Origin: Octopus vulgaris
Lineage: Eukaryota
Assembly: GCA_951406725.2 (NCBI GenBank)
Contig: OX597820.1
Span: forward strand, 46,872,001-46,936,000
Direction: 5' to 3'
Length of the DNA stretch: 64,000 nt
Shown: positions 39,601 through 48,460 of the stretch, in pieces
Layout: each line of letters opens with the position of its first letter
How positions within the stretch are numbered: position 1 is the first letter of the stretch
Made by a program: the position numbers and the translations under genes
The notes under the pieces: model-generated
Told to the model about the DNA's origin: nothing
Database searches by the model: none
The model's input: only the letters and a program-made list of their open reading frames with translations

Positions 39601-42600
39601 TCAAAGTATTGTTTATATACTTTGCTTCACTTTATCTGTCAGTCTGAATGGAAAAGCAGGGACTCTGAGACTTGTAGAATGGTGGGTAAGAAATATCCTC
39701 AAACCAGGGACCTCACCTAAATTCTTGTAACAGAATAGATTCTGCTAAAGACACCAAAGGTATCAGATGGTGGTGTTAAATTGCATGATGTGATTAAGTC
39801 TACCACCCTAACATGAAGCTGTTGACACCTGCACACATGCTCAACAGTCACTTGCCAATACGATACAACCATTAGATCACAGATGTGTTGTTGTCCCTCT
39901 CTCTCTCACTTCTCTGTGCCTCCAACTCCTCTCAGATAGCAACCTGCACAAAAGTAGCAGCACTACCACCACCACCACCACCACCTCAACCCACTTAATT
40001 GTCTCACAGAGATGACAAAGGACCAAGGCAATTGGTAATCTACTGTGCCTGGGAAGACTTGTCCATCATGGAGAAAATGAGGTCCTAAGAGCATTTTGTT
40101 TATGCCTAAACATGCTAGGTCTTGCCCCTGCACCAAATGTTTTCTAGCAAGCATTCCCTATATCTCAAACCCACCTGCCATCACTCTTCTAAGGCACTAT
40201 CAAGCTGCTATAATCTCTTGAGAGTAGAACCAGCACATTTCAACCTACCTCCTTTATTTTTGAGCTCCCTTAGAACAACCTCCTTTTAATAACCACCCCT
40301 TGTTCTCAGTTTCAACCCTTTCCACATCATTTTTCATCTATAACTCCCGTGCCCCGCCACTTCCTGAGCCTTCAGTTATCTCTCCCTCTCCTCTAAGCTA
40401 CATCTCAGACCTGCCATACCTCATCTTCATATTTGCCATCATTCTCTACACCTCCTCATATCCACCATCAGTGACTCTACTCCACCATTATTGCCCCACT
40501 CACTTTAACCATCCTTACATACCTCTGACCTGCATATCTATTACTGTACTTCACCTTGCATATCACCTCCCTACTAATGATGGTGGGTAAGAAATATCCT
40601 CAAACCAGGGCCCTCACCTAAATTCTTGCAACAGAACAGACTCTGCTAAAGACGCCAAAGGTATCAGATGGTGGTGTTAAATTGCATGATGAGATTAAGT
40701 CAACCATCCTAACATGAAGCCTATTGACACCTCACTTTACTCAACTCCATACTAATGTTTTCCATCAGCTATACTCACCCCTTATTCATTACTACATTCA
40801 CTTCTACTTCCATCTTTAACCATCTGTTGCCCTCCTCTGCCACTCATATGAAATTATCCCCACCACCATCACTCCACTGTCTGCAGTCTCTCTTATACTT
40901 ACCTTCTTATATCATTGTGTGATGCTCTGACATCTCATTACCACCATCTCTATTTAGTTTTCAGTTACTCACATACACCCTTATGCATTGTGGGGTAGCC
41001 ATGTATCTCTTCTAGAGCAACACATCTGTGCTTGTTTCTCACTTAGCCTTCCAACACCAAGCATAAAACCATCTCTCCCCCTCTCAAAGCCACCATCCAC
41101 AAATCAACCAAAGGGCTTGTTCCTTCTCTTCCTCTGTGCTCATGGGTGTAAAAGAAAAAAAAGCATCCAATACACACTGTAAAATGGTTGGTATCTGGAA
41201 GCGCAACTAGCAATAGAAACTATGTCAAAGCTGACACTGGAGCTCAATGCAACCCCTTTACATTTTGTCAAAATGTCCAGCCCATACTAGCAGAGAAAAC
41301 AGATATTAAATAATGGTGATGATGATACTATGAATTTAAATCAGTCCATGATTTAAATACAAACTTTTAATATAAATATATTCAAGACACCAGGTAGAAT
41401 GCTTAGAGGTATTTTGTCTGTCTTTACACCTAAGTTTAAATTCCACCAACGTTGACTTTACCTTTCAACTTTCGGAGTCTACAAAATAAATACCAGTTGA
41501 TCACCAGGATCGAGATAATTGAGTTAGCCCCTCCCTCAAACTTGCTGGCATTGTGTCAAAATTTGAAACCAATATTAATAGACTCAAGAGAAATTTACAT
41601 GTTTTTGAGTGTCTCTTTCTTCAAAGGCTTGCAGCTGATCCCTGAGCAACTTCAGTTCCTTTTCAAAAGCCAGGTTGTTAGCATCTGATGCTGGCATGAT
41701 ACTACGACTACCACTGCCATGGCCACTACTACTGTCACCATCTGTGTTTACTGCAGTGGTAGGGACCACTGTGATGTCACTGTGTCGCTTTGTCAAATGG
41801 GTCTGTAAGTATGAGTGGTGTAGAAATGCTTTCGGACAATAAGGACACTGCAAAGGAAAAGGTTAGAAAAAAAACATAAGGAAGAATTTAAAAATGAAGT
41901 TTGGAGGAAATGTAAAATAGAATTACTGTACATACTCATGTGTCAAGGCACCCTATATCATATTTCATTCTAACTGAAAAACTAAGGTGTCACTTATGGG
42001 GCGAAGTTGAAACTACGGAGGGAAAATAATTTGTACTAAGATTTAACACTGAATTAGGAGAGCAACTTATGTACATTACTGCAACTTACACACAAGTAAA
42101 TACGGTATTTATTTATTTATAAATAGAATTGTTCAAATTAACTGAAAGATATAAGTAACAGAAATGGCAAATACAGTTCAATTTATTATTGCAATCTGTA
42201 ATTATAACCTTTATATTATGATTTTTTAGCCACACCAATCCTCTTTCTCAAACCTAGTCAAACTATTCCTTTAAGTCATTCCTATAATTTCCAACCACAA
42301 CCACAACCAGCCTGCACCTACAAGCCATCATTAATCTCTTAATGTTGAGCCACCACTACTTATCTTTCTATTTGAGCTATAACCCAAGCTTCACTAATCT
42401 CTTTAAAACTTGTTTTGCATGAGCAGACTATTTCTCCAATCTGTCCAAAGCTGTAAAAGTAGCATCCTCCATCAATTTGGATACCCCTCAAATTGACATA
42501 ACCCCTAAACTTTTTCAATATCACATCAACATCCATCAAACCAATACTGATCACAGCCTACCAATCTAACTACGATCATGAGTGCAACATCCTAACCACT

Positions 42601-45600
42601 AAGCCATGCGCCTCCACATATTTTACTCTGCCATCTCAAAAAAAAAAAGATGGATTGGATAATATATTCTATGGTACATGCTGGAAAGAAGGAATGGCCA
42701 TTGTTTGTTTGGTTTTGATCATGGATTTACTCAAGTTTGACTTGGAGGTTAAACAATTACAGCTATCCAAATTTCACCACTAGTAGCAACAAATCAATAC
42801 TACCCATAATTCACTACAAAACAGCAAATCATGATGTGTGAAACAGCAGCAGTACCAACAGCACAGTTAGCCCACCACCACTACCACCACGACCACCACC
42901 ATGTAGCCAATCACATTAGGGCTGCTGTTGCTCCCACCAGTAACAACAGCAGCAGCCTTAATGCTATAGCTAACCTACGCACACATAATACCACATTGTA
43001 ACTTATAAAAGCATCAAGTACCTTATGGTAATTCCCGGGTACACCATGAATGAGCTGTTGCTGGGCCATCAACAGTTTCTTCCTCTTGTGACTCTCCCTG
43101 CTGACTTTAGAAAGCTCCTTCTGGAATTTCTCAATCTGTTGCTTGAGTTCATTCTCCTTCTGTAGGATTAAAAACAACATCAATAAAAGCTTGACAGTAA
43201 TAAATAACAAAGTGAAATAATTTCCCAAGACAGAAACATTTACAACATTGTGCTGTTAAGAATCTGAATATAAAAAAAAAAGAACAAGATAATCACTTTT
43301 AAGGACAACAATACAGGCACAGGCATGCTTTTATAGTTGAGAAGCTTGCTTCCTAACCATATAGTTTTGGGTTCAGTCCCACAGTACAGTACCTTAAGTA
43401 AGTATCTTCTACAATAGCTTCAGGCTGTCAGAGCCTTGTGAATGAATATGGTAGATAGAAACTGAAAGAAGCCAGTCATCATCATCATCGTCATCATTTA
43501 ATGTCTGCTTTCCATGCTGGCAAGGGTAAGACGATTTGACTGAGGACTGGTAAACAAGATGGCTGCACCAGGCTCCAATCTGATCTGGCAGAGTTTCTAC
43601 AGCTGGATGCCCTTCCTAACGCCAGCCACTCCAAGAGTGTAGTGGGTGCTTTTACATGCCACCGGCACGAGGGCCAGTCTGGTGGTACTGGCAACGGCCA
43701 CGCTCAAATGGTGTTTTTTACGTGCCACCTGCAAAGGAGTCAGTCCAGCGGCACTGGCAACAACCTTGCTCTAGCAGTGATCCTGCTCGGATGGAGCTAT
43801 TAGCACTCTACTGGCATGGGTGCCAGTCATCGAATTTGGTTCAATTTTGATTTCACTTGCGCCAACAGGTCTTTGCAAGCAGAGTTTAATGTCCAGTGAA
43901 GGAAAGTTGGCATGGGTGCCAGTCGAATTTGGTTCGATTTCTAATACAATTTGGTTCGATTTTGAATTCAATTTGGTTTGATTTCGAATTTAATTTCGAT
44001 ATATTGCAAGCAAAATTTGACACTTAACCCCACTTTCACACTGCAATACTAGAGTCTCTCTATATATATTTACTCAAGCTGCAAGAAATAGAAGTGAAGT
44101 CTCCCTTGTATCATATCCAACTGTCTTAAAAAGAGAATGGTACATTGGTTATTGTAGTCCTGTGTACTTTTATCTCAATAAATGACAGGCTGTTTACAAC
44201 TGGAATGTAAAATGCAATCTAAACTGAGGCTTAAACAGCAACAATAACAAATACAAAATCCTTTCAAATTAACTCTTACTTGTTCATGCTTCTTGATTCT
44301 CTCTTCCACACTTCCCAGTTGATGAGTTAAGTATTCTTGTGAGTTCTGGAACAAAGGAGGTCACAGTCAGAAAAGAAACATAATAATAATAATATCAAAA
44401 TTAATTGTGATTACAGCTTACATAGAGATAAATTCAAAATCTTCCTTCAGCATGGGACATGTCATTGCTTGCTGACTGAAAGCATGTACTGCTCTTATAT
44501 TGTTGTTGGGTGTTTAGTGATAAGAAGGCTGAGAACTTTCCTTAGAAATAGACCTGCTATAAATCTAATGAGCAGTAAAATCACTTATGCTAATGTGACA
44601 CAGTCTCGCAGCACTGGTTTCCTACCAGCTTGAGTCTCACACAACAATTGGAAAGATTACAAACCCAAAAAACAAAAGCCAAGTCAAAGACTTAAGAATG
44701 ACTTTTAAGTGTTACATATCTGTTCCCTGGGCCTCCATTTAGACAGCTAGAACATGTATATAGAATAGAGAGGTTATTGATAGTATGTATCTCGTTCCCT
44801 CACAGCATCACGTAACCTTCTTCCCAGTAACCATTTAGCATTTAGATTATCCTATTAAAAGTAATGCTTATGTAATTAATGTTTTGAATTAATCATGCAT
44901 TATCTTGTAGCTACAAGATTTCCATAATGTGAGTGATTATTTGTAGAATAGCATTGAAAGATAGATGTAAGAGGCTGGATCTGGGTGGGTTGAATATAAA
45001 ACAAACAGAATATTTGGGCCAGGTGTGGCTGATTTAAATACTGAAGCTGTGACAAAATGGAAGGTACTTACCAATAAATATTCAATAATTAACTGAGATA
45101 ACTTAAATAACTTGATATAATTTGGGTCAATTATTTTATTGTCCTGTAAGAGAGAAGGTAGAAATAATTATATTAGATATTGGTACAGAGTAGGAATGTG
45201 GTGTGCAGATAGTTAAACATTCTGGCGATCCCTCCTCCCGACAAGTACCAACATTTCTCTCCCAGTACTTATCTGTAACAATCTACACTGAGCATTAACC
45301 CAACTGGCCTTAGCAAGTCATTTTTATCCAACCCAAACTAGGAAAGTCTTGGTAGACTATGGGCACAACACTGCCTTCTCAGAGTAATAAAACAAAAAAA
45401 AATATGTTCAGATACTGACTAAGATCATATGTTCAGTCCTTGTTTCAACCTTTGAGTGGTACCTGCCATAAAGGACAGCCCTATGTTTTGAATATTTCTC
45501 TTGTTTCAGTTAATGCATTTAGTGTATGGAGACAAATTCCCAGTGAATATAGCACTAGATTCCATGTTATATATACAACAACCATGTAACATACCACAGT

Positions 45601-46642
45601 ATAATAGGGTAGGATAATTAATATAGACTCAGCAAAGGCTTCCAACAGAAATCACCATAATGTTGTGTTAAAAAAATACATCAAACATAAATCCATAGAA
45701 AACTATGGCATTAGATCAAGTATTTCTTAGTAAACAGGGGTTATGTTGTCTCAAAACAATACTTTAAACACGTCACCGAGTAGAGCTATTAAGTTAAACA
45801 ACATTGGCTGCAAATAGAAGTATTCTATGATTAATCTGATGCTGTTCCATTCCTATTGCCCTTCTGCCCTTAACTTGTAAAATATTGGTTTCTCCCATAA
45901 ATACAAAGTCGCAAATTTTAAGGAATGAATATAGTAGATTACATCAACCTCAATAGTTGACATGTATGATTGAAAAGGTGCAATTTGAAATCAGAATAAA
46001 AAGGAATGTGACTAAATACTGCACAACATTTTGTCTGTTGCACTAACAATTCTGCTATTTTCTGCCCTCTTAATTTGAATATTGGTTTCAAGCTTTGGCA
46101 CAAGACTAGCAACTTTGGGGGATGGGAATAAGTCAATTATGTCAACCTCAGTGTTCAACTGGTACTTAATTTATCTTCTCCAAAAAAATGAAAGATAAAG
46201 TCAACCTTGGTGGAATTTGAACTCAGAATGTAAAGACAGACAAATGGTGCTAAGCATTTGCCCAGCATGCTAATGATCCAGCCAGCTTGTTGCCTTTACA
46301 ACAAATAAAATATCAACAATTGTCCAAGATAGAATTAAAAAAATTTTTGGGGGCCCTAGTAAGAACACTCATCCATTCTGAAGAGATGAGATGTCTCAGG
46401 GAAAAGAAAGAAAAAACAAAATGAAATTAAAGCATTAGAATCGGTTATAAGCAAAATGAAAGGCGTACCACTTCTTGTTCTATATCACAAAATGTTATGC
46501 CATAGATATTCTCCTGGAGTGTGTTGTAATCAAATGTCTGATACATTTGATCTATGTTTAGTGCAGCTATCTTTCGCCAGTCCACATGTTCTGTTTTGCG
46601 TCGAGTGGCCAGCACTGCATAACTTCCAGCTGTTGGAGTCAT
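2216..46642 (-). CDS. DZIP1: DZIP1/DZIP1L-family (iguana) C2H2 zinc-finger coiled-coil ciliary protein, spliced CDS of 21 exons, ~911 aa (917 aa with alternative exon 19b)
   Basis: Manual GT-AG chaining gives one continuous frame of 2736 nt. Family motifs: 'EHVDWRKIAALNID..TLQENI..ITFCDIE', 'IDPNYIKLFKLSQLIIEYLL.SQEYL', and 'YHKCPYCPKAFLHHSYLQTHLTKRH'. DZIP1 versus DZIP1L cannot be distinguished here. Confidence 0.9.
3640..3892 (-). mobile_element. tRNA-derived SINE of a further family; related copy at ~12650-12897
   Basis: tRNA-like head, cttgagcaagacactt core; repeated in the window. Confidence 0.65.
3893..4041. repeat. near-perfect 149-bp palindrome (~72-bp stem, 5-nt loop)
   Basis: catactttatag...caatggttagg-actta-cctaaccattg...ctataaagtatg. 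Confidence 0.95.
4295..4660 (-). mobile_element. SINE-like family C (ggttggcgttaggaagggcatccagctgtagaa core, (GAT)n tail)
   Basis: Core resembles the MetaSINE Meta domain (recollection, not aligned); other copies at 13007-13345, 18289-18622, 39328-39470, 43477-43930, 59738-59870 (-) and 22308-22660, 51809-51961 (+). Confidence 0.8.
4777..4868 (-). CDS. DZIP1: DZIP1 coding exon 20 (YTSTPASR...TYSTSKWGSSSK)
   Basis: catacag / gtaagt, phase 2-1. Confidence 0.85.
5922..6013 (-). CDS. DZIP1: candidate alternative exon 19b (GTKNRSYVENDPIKVREQNFLNLDSILTVKK)
   Basis: ttctgcag / gtatgt, 92 nt, open in phase 0-2, same phases as 19a. Confidence 0.6.
6078..6151 (-). CDS. DZIP1: DZIP1 coding exon 19a (ADDSDFSKISLLDEDINDNRLRNPK)
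   Basis: ttttcag / gtaaga, phase 0-2, 74 nt. Confidence 0.8.
6533..6924 (-). mobile_element. tRNA-derived SINE family B, full length, with central (TA/CA) microsatellite
   Basis: Reverse complement of the copy at 15508-15910; tRNA-like head, gcaccttgggcaagtgtctt core. Confidence 0.85.
7060..8390 (-). mobile_element. decayed LINE APE-endonuclease relic, interrupted by the family C element
   Basis: Residual 'ETCALKI', 'AYRSPS' and 'R..SGG' motifs; many stops and frameshifts. Confidence 0.35.
7623..8128 (-). mobile_element. family C element with expanded internal ~50-bp tandem units
   Basis: (CAT)n tail, core, then repeated 'tgccaccggcacagg.gccagt...ctggcaa.gatcacgctc'. Confidence 0.8.
8477..8539 (-). 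CDS. DZIP1: DZIP1 coding exon 18 (NRPHVKFPGAVDLMKKPEYTE)
   Basis: ttccag / gtactg, phase 0-0. Confidence 0.82.
8590..8810 (+). mobile_element. Tc1/mariner-superfamily transposase relic
   Basis: agatctcctgatttcaac.cttggactactatgtc resembles the SPDLNPLDYYVWG motif. Confidence 0.5.
9276..9366. repeat. (TA)n microsatellite
   Basis: direct reading. Confidence 0.95.
10809..10851 (+). ncRNA. decayed minimal type I hammerhead ribozyme
   Basis: TTCA-CTGATAA-agtttaataaggcc-GAAAC-AT-GTC-TGAA: stem I TTCA/TGAA, core with G8A, palindromic ACATGT, GUC cleavage triplet. Confidence 0.6.
11497..12068 (+). mobile_element. long family C element nested in a piggyBac-like MITE (11361-12134)
   Basis: Flanks rejoin into the MITE family seen at 54786-55007; (GAT)n tail at 12058. 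Confidence 0.75.
12366..12492 (-). CDS. DZIP1: DZIP1 coding exon 17 (SDFDAGN...KGTKVAEIGNMIQSQLE)
   Basis: tttacag / gtttgt, phase 2-0. Confidence 0.85.
13569..13693. repeat. compound trinucleotide microsatellite (GCT)(GCA)(CCA)(ACA)(GCA)
   Basis: direct reading; no usable splice sites. Confidence 0.9.
14454..14720 (-). CDS. DZIP1: DZIP1 coding exon 16 (SNGPKQK...DFDAEDS)
   Basis: AAG acceptor after a pyrimidine tract / gtaagt, phase 2-2. Confidence 0.82.
15508..15910 (+). mobile_element. SINE family B, full length
   Basis: ggcgcaggagtggctgtgtggtaag head; inverted relative to the copies at 6533 and 31000. Confidence 0.85.
16071..16296 (-). CDS. DZIP1: DZIP1 coding exon 15 (APKVRSPQQ...ISTATM)
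   Basis: attgcag / gtatga, phase 1-2. Confidence 0.82.
16575..17931 (-). mobile_element. 5'-truncated CR1-type LINE with RT domain, one frameshift, short 3' UTR and (ATT)n tail
   Basis: QYGF, VYLDFAKAFNSVPH, SGVPQG/LGPLLF, KYADD, ERDLG, FFTLRVAEAWNKLP; frameshift near 17535. Confidence 0.93.
20291..20417 (-). CDS. DZIP1: DZIP1 coding exon 14 (KYPGFYKERKRL...KTVVK)
   Basis: attttag / gtttgt, phase 0-1. Confidence 0.86.
20880..21248 (-). mobile_element. tRNA-derived SINE family D (possibly OR-type); related copy at 55643-55980 (+)
   Basis: tRNA-like head; shared 3' part 'cagccttgtcacac...gtgctcagccacttg...ggagtgcc'. Confidence 0.75.
21600..21677 (-). CDS. DZIP1: DZIP1 coding exon 13 (STKAISTKSYQDKISILKKDRVNKAK)
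   Basis: tttacag / gtatac, phase 0-0. Confidence 0.86.
23815..23941 (-). CDS. DZIP1: DZIP1 coding exon 12 (TYNELMQK...LTEKLEKIGFPA)
   Basis: ttttag / gtatgt, phase 2-0. Confidence 0.88.
24795..25460 (-). mobile_element. tandem/nested family A SINEs
   Basis: Three or more copies; the youngest (25169-25395) interrupts an older one. Confidence 0.8.
25518..25904. mobile_element. foldback element/MITE with ~95-bp terminal inverted repeats
   Basis: aatgtaatgttattacctgttcaaatatgccagtggcaagttt... is mirrored at 25805-25904. Confidence 0.8.
27479..27515 (-). CDS. DZIP1: DZIP1 coding exon 11, 37 nt (DDHGTQNSLYDTQ)
   Basis: atttcag / gtgagt, phase 1-2; needed to join the flanking exon phases. Confidence 0.85.
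28316..28386 (-). pseudogene. tRNA-Gly(GCC) pseudogene
   Basis: ATTGGTGGTTCAGTGGTAGAATGCTCACCTGCCAC... follows metazoan tRNA-Gly-GCC; acceptor stem and T-loop/B box are mutated. Confidence 0.8.
28420..28931. mobile_element. Tc2/pogo-like MITE
   Basis: TIR CCGTAAATCCTCGAGTATA / TATACTTGAGGATTTATGG, TA on both sides, repeated subterminal motif. Confidence 0.85.
28934..29153. mobile_element. piggyBac-like MITE; related copy at ~44826-45045
   Basis: ...tttagcatt / aatgctaaagggTTAA termini. Confidence 0.55.
29579..29807 (-). CDS. DZIP1: DZIP1 coding exon 10 with long Asp/Glu tract (TLPLEEK...EERTND)
   Basis: ttgatag / gtaaag, phase 0-1. Confidence 0.85.
30015..30465 (+). mobile_element. two head-to-tail family A SINEs with (ATT)n tails
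   Basis: direct repeat of the family consensus. Confidence 0.85.
30480..30870 (+). mobile_element. RTE-clade LINE fragment (post-RT region)
   Basis: 'NMKWKDYKTNNAVLEKSRSQNI', 'WLGHVVRMK', 'YRDQLKINL'. Confidence 0.7.
31000..31381 (-). mobile_element. SINE family B, full length
   Basis: same orientation as, and highly similar to, 6533-6924. Confidence 0.85.
32085..32630. mobile_element. ~550-bp unclassified interspersed repeat flanked by (AAT)n; second copy at 50605-51190
   Basis: two clearly homologous copies in the window. Confidence 0.8.
33201..33317 (-). CDS. DZIP1: DZIP1 coding exon 9 (KSQEKIQ...AISKKQ), basic
   Basis: tcttag / gtatgt, phase 0-0, open frame. Confidence 0.8.
33670..34005 (+). 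mobile_element. RTE-clade LINE 3' end
   Basis: 'GRPKLRYKDMLKNNL', 'FEEDRQQRL', terminal zinc-finger remnant 'GHLCASSFGLRSHM'. Confidence 0.75.
34135..34500. repeat. degenerate ~38-bp minisatellite (ctgtacctcactgtggtacctacttacagttaggtgga)
   Basis: about 9-10 diverged units read by eye. Confidence 0.8.
34639..34746 (-). CDS. DZIP1: DZIP1 coding exon 8 (IQNLEKNFTSHLKDQEKMWRLQMEELKKKHKEEMLQ)
   Basis: gtctag / gtcagt, phase 0-0, coiled-coil composition. Confidence 0.88.
34800..35111 (-). mobile_element. CR1-type LINE 3' fragment related to 16575-17931
   Basis: 'HSTHDFWKHF', 'PEIRQQYT*' and the same terminal 'gatgagttgtagtgcacctgag'. Confidence 0.8.
35400..35700 (+). mobile_element. Penelope-like element relic (GIY-YIG region with core missing)
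   Basis: 'NCGVCINLIEG..FTMKSSFTCA' joined to 'HIDIC..FRIFPLYQF..RINTETLFITKYRP'. Confidence 0.6.
36766..37493 (-). mobile_element. tandem array of family A SINEs including a 91-bp near-exact duplication (37040-37221)
   Basis: three head-to-tail units plus an internal duplication. Confidence 0.88.
37684..37928 (-). CDS. DZIP1: DZIP1 coding exon 7 (SVKQTNLGAIRDDDDE...EKLLQKK)
   Basis: ttgcag / gtaccg, phase 1-0. Confidence 0.85.
38685..39175. repeat. degenerate ~19-bp minisatellite (ctggacagattgtaattaa), ~25 units
   Basis: periodic ctggacag / gtaattaa read by eye. Confidence 0.85.
39211..39295 (-). CDS. DZIP1: DZIP1 coding exon 6 (KETANMWKLFHERDLQYEANLKELMKKF)
   Basis: ttccag / gtaagt, phase 0-1, open frame. 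Confidence 0.85.
39680..40732. repeat. ~150-bp direct repeat pair (39680-39830, 40581-40732)
   Basis: tggtgggtaagaaatatcctcaaaccaggg...ttgacacct occurs twice. Confidence 0.9.
41599..41847 (-). CDS. DZIP1: DZIP1 coding exon 5, C2H2 zinc finger (CPYCPKAFLHHSYLQTHLTKRH...DTQKH)
   Basis: ttgcag / gtaaat, phase 0-0; C-x2-C-x12-H-x4-H. Confidence 0.92.
41926..42105. mobile_element. short Tc2/pogo-like MITE
   Basis: TA-CTGTACATACTCATGTG ... CACAAGTAAATACGG-TA. Confidence 0.6.
43022..43159 (-). CDS. DZIP1: DZIP1 coding exon 4 (KENELKQ...RKKLLMAQQQLIHGVPGNYHK), coiled coil
   Basis: ctacag / gtactt, phase 0-0; matches supplied ORF 42911..43228. Confidence 0.92.
44280..44345 (-). CDS. DZIP1: DZIP1 coding exon 3 (NSQEYLTHQLGSVEERIKKHEQ)
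   Basis: ttccag / gtaaga, phase 0-0, SQEYL motif. Confidence 0.92.
45072..45143 (-). CDS. DZIP1: DZIP1 coding exon 2 (DNKIIDPNYIKLFKLSQLIIEYLL)
   Basis: cttacag / gtaagt, phase 0-0, conserved Dzip-like N motif. Confidence 0.93.
46469..46642 (-). CDS. DZIP1: DZIP1 coding exon 1 (MTPTAGSY...FCDIEQEV), start of Dzip-like N domain
   Basis: ATG at 46642 with in-frame TAG upstream; donor GTACGC at 46468, phase 0 (a GT 3 nt earlier is also in phase); strong acceptor ttttag at 46740. Confidence 0.85.
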
Positions 46643-47063
46643 CTTGTCAATGGTGCTGTGTATATCCTAGACTATAGCCAACCATTCAAGTGTTGTACAG
46701 GCTAACTAAAACAGCAGTTTAACCTTATATATATTGAACCTAAAAAGACAAAGAAAAATGAAAAATGAAATTAGAAATAAAAGTATCCTAAATATCATCC
46801 ATGAGAGTTGTAGAGTATAAAACCAGGTTCCCAGTGGGGTGAATTTGTAACAGTTGAAGAGCTATTTCGTTACAATAATTTAACTCGTAAAGTTGATACA
46901 TTTTTCAAGGAGAGGGGAAGAGAAAGAGAAAGGGAGAAAAAGAAAAAGGGGGATACTAAGGGAGGTAATTCTAGCTAAACCTGGGTTCTGAAAGTAGTTA
47001 ATAGAATAATTCATGTTTTACCCTTGATGATGACGATGATATGATAATTATCATCATGTAGAT

Positions 47064-47353
47064 CAGTGGTTCCCAAACATTTTCAGGCTGCCGCTCCCTT
47101 GACACCCAAACCTCATTCCTAGCACCATGACCCCAACTAACCATCACAAAGATAGACCTCTTTCTGAAGCAACTGTATTTCATAAATAAAACTTAACCTA
47201 ATGGACCCATTATTTTGTTGTTTTTACATGAATCGCCACCCCATTACACTCTCAATTTTTACATTAATAGCTACCCAATTATTGCCCCACTTTTCTTCAA
47301 CGTCTCTTTGGAACTTTCCACCACCCCAGTGGTGGGCACTTTGGGAACTACTG
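47064..47353. mobile_element. hAT (Charlie-like) MITE
   Basis: TIR CAGTGGTTCCCAAA / TTTGGGAACTACTG; 8-bp TSD atgtagat / atgcagat. Confidence 0.88.
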
Positions 47354-47582
47354 ATGCAGATCATATCATAAAAAAAAAAACATCATCATCATCAATATTG
47401 CCATAATCATCATTGCCACAGCCATCATCATATTTTTTCCTTGTTTTCCTTGCCATTGTCAAAATTAATCACATCTTCTGCAACATGCAATGCACACATG
47501 CTCAATAAATTAACCCAAGTAGCATCCTCTTAAACTATATGTAATTAAAACGTCATGATTCAAAAATTAAGGTAATAATAAT

Positions 47583-48460
47583 AATTGTTTCAAATTTTGG
47601 CACAAAGACAGCAGTTTTAGGTTAGTTGATTGCATCATCACCAGTACTTGACTAGTACTTTATTTTAACAATCCTGAAAGCACGAAAGGCAAAGCTGACA
47701 TAAACAGAATTTGAACTAGGAATGAAAAGAGCTGGAAAAAAATGCCGCTATTTAATTTGTCCACTGTGCTAATTATTCTTCCAGCTCACCACTTTGAGGT
47801 AACAATAGCAATTTGAAATTTTGGTACAATGCTAGCAAGTTTGGGGAATGGGGTAAGTTGATTACATTGACCCCAGTGCTCAACTGGTACTTATTTTATC
47901 AGCCCCACGAGGATGAAAAGCAAAGTTGACCTAAGTGGAATTTGAACTCATAATGTAAATATGCACGAAATGCTACTAAGCATTTTGCCCAGTGCACTAA
48001 CTATTTTACCAATTCACTCCTTTTATGGTAACAATAATAATTCTTTCTTTCTCCTATAAGAAAGGCCTGAAATTTAAGGGAGTGAGGTTAGTTCGTTATG
48101 TCAACCCCAGTGGTTGATTTGGTACTATTTTAGGATGAAAGGCAAAGCTAGCTTCAATGGTATTTGAACTCAGATCATAAAGAACTAGAAATATCACTAA
48201 GCACTTTTTCTCACATGCTAATGATTCTGCCAGTTCATCATCTAAGGATGATTGTTTCCAATTTAGAGAGGAGACCAGAAAATTCAGAAGGAAAGGGGTT
48301 AGTTGATACCATAGACCCCACTACTTGATTGGTATTTTATTTGGTAGAACATGAAGGGATGAAAAGCAAAGTTGACCTTGGTGGATTTTGAACTCAGAAC
48401 AGAGTCAGAACAAATGTCATATGGCATTTTTTTCCAACCTTTCAATGATTCTGCCAGAAT
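47583..48460 (-). mobile_element. tandem array of ~4 older family A SINEs
   Basis: ~220-bp period, diverged units. Confidence 0.8.

Noticed and set aside
45600-45870. Possible RT relic (IDSAKA..NH)
   Set aside because: Too decayed to assign with confidence
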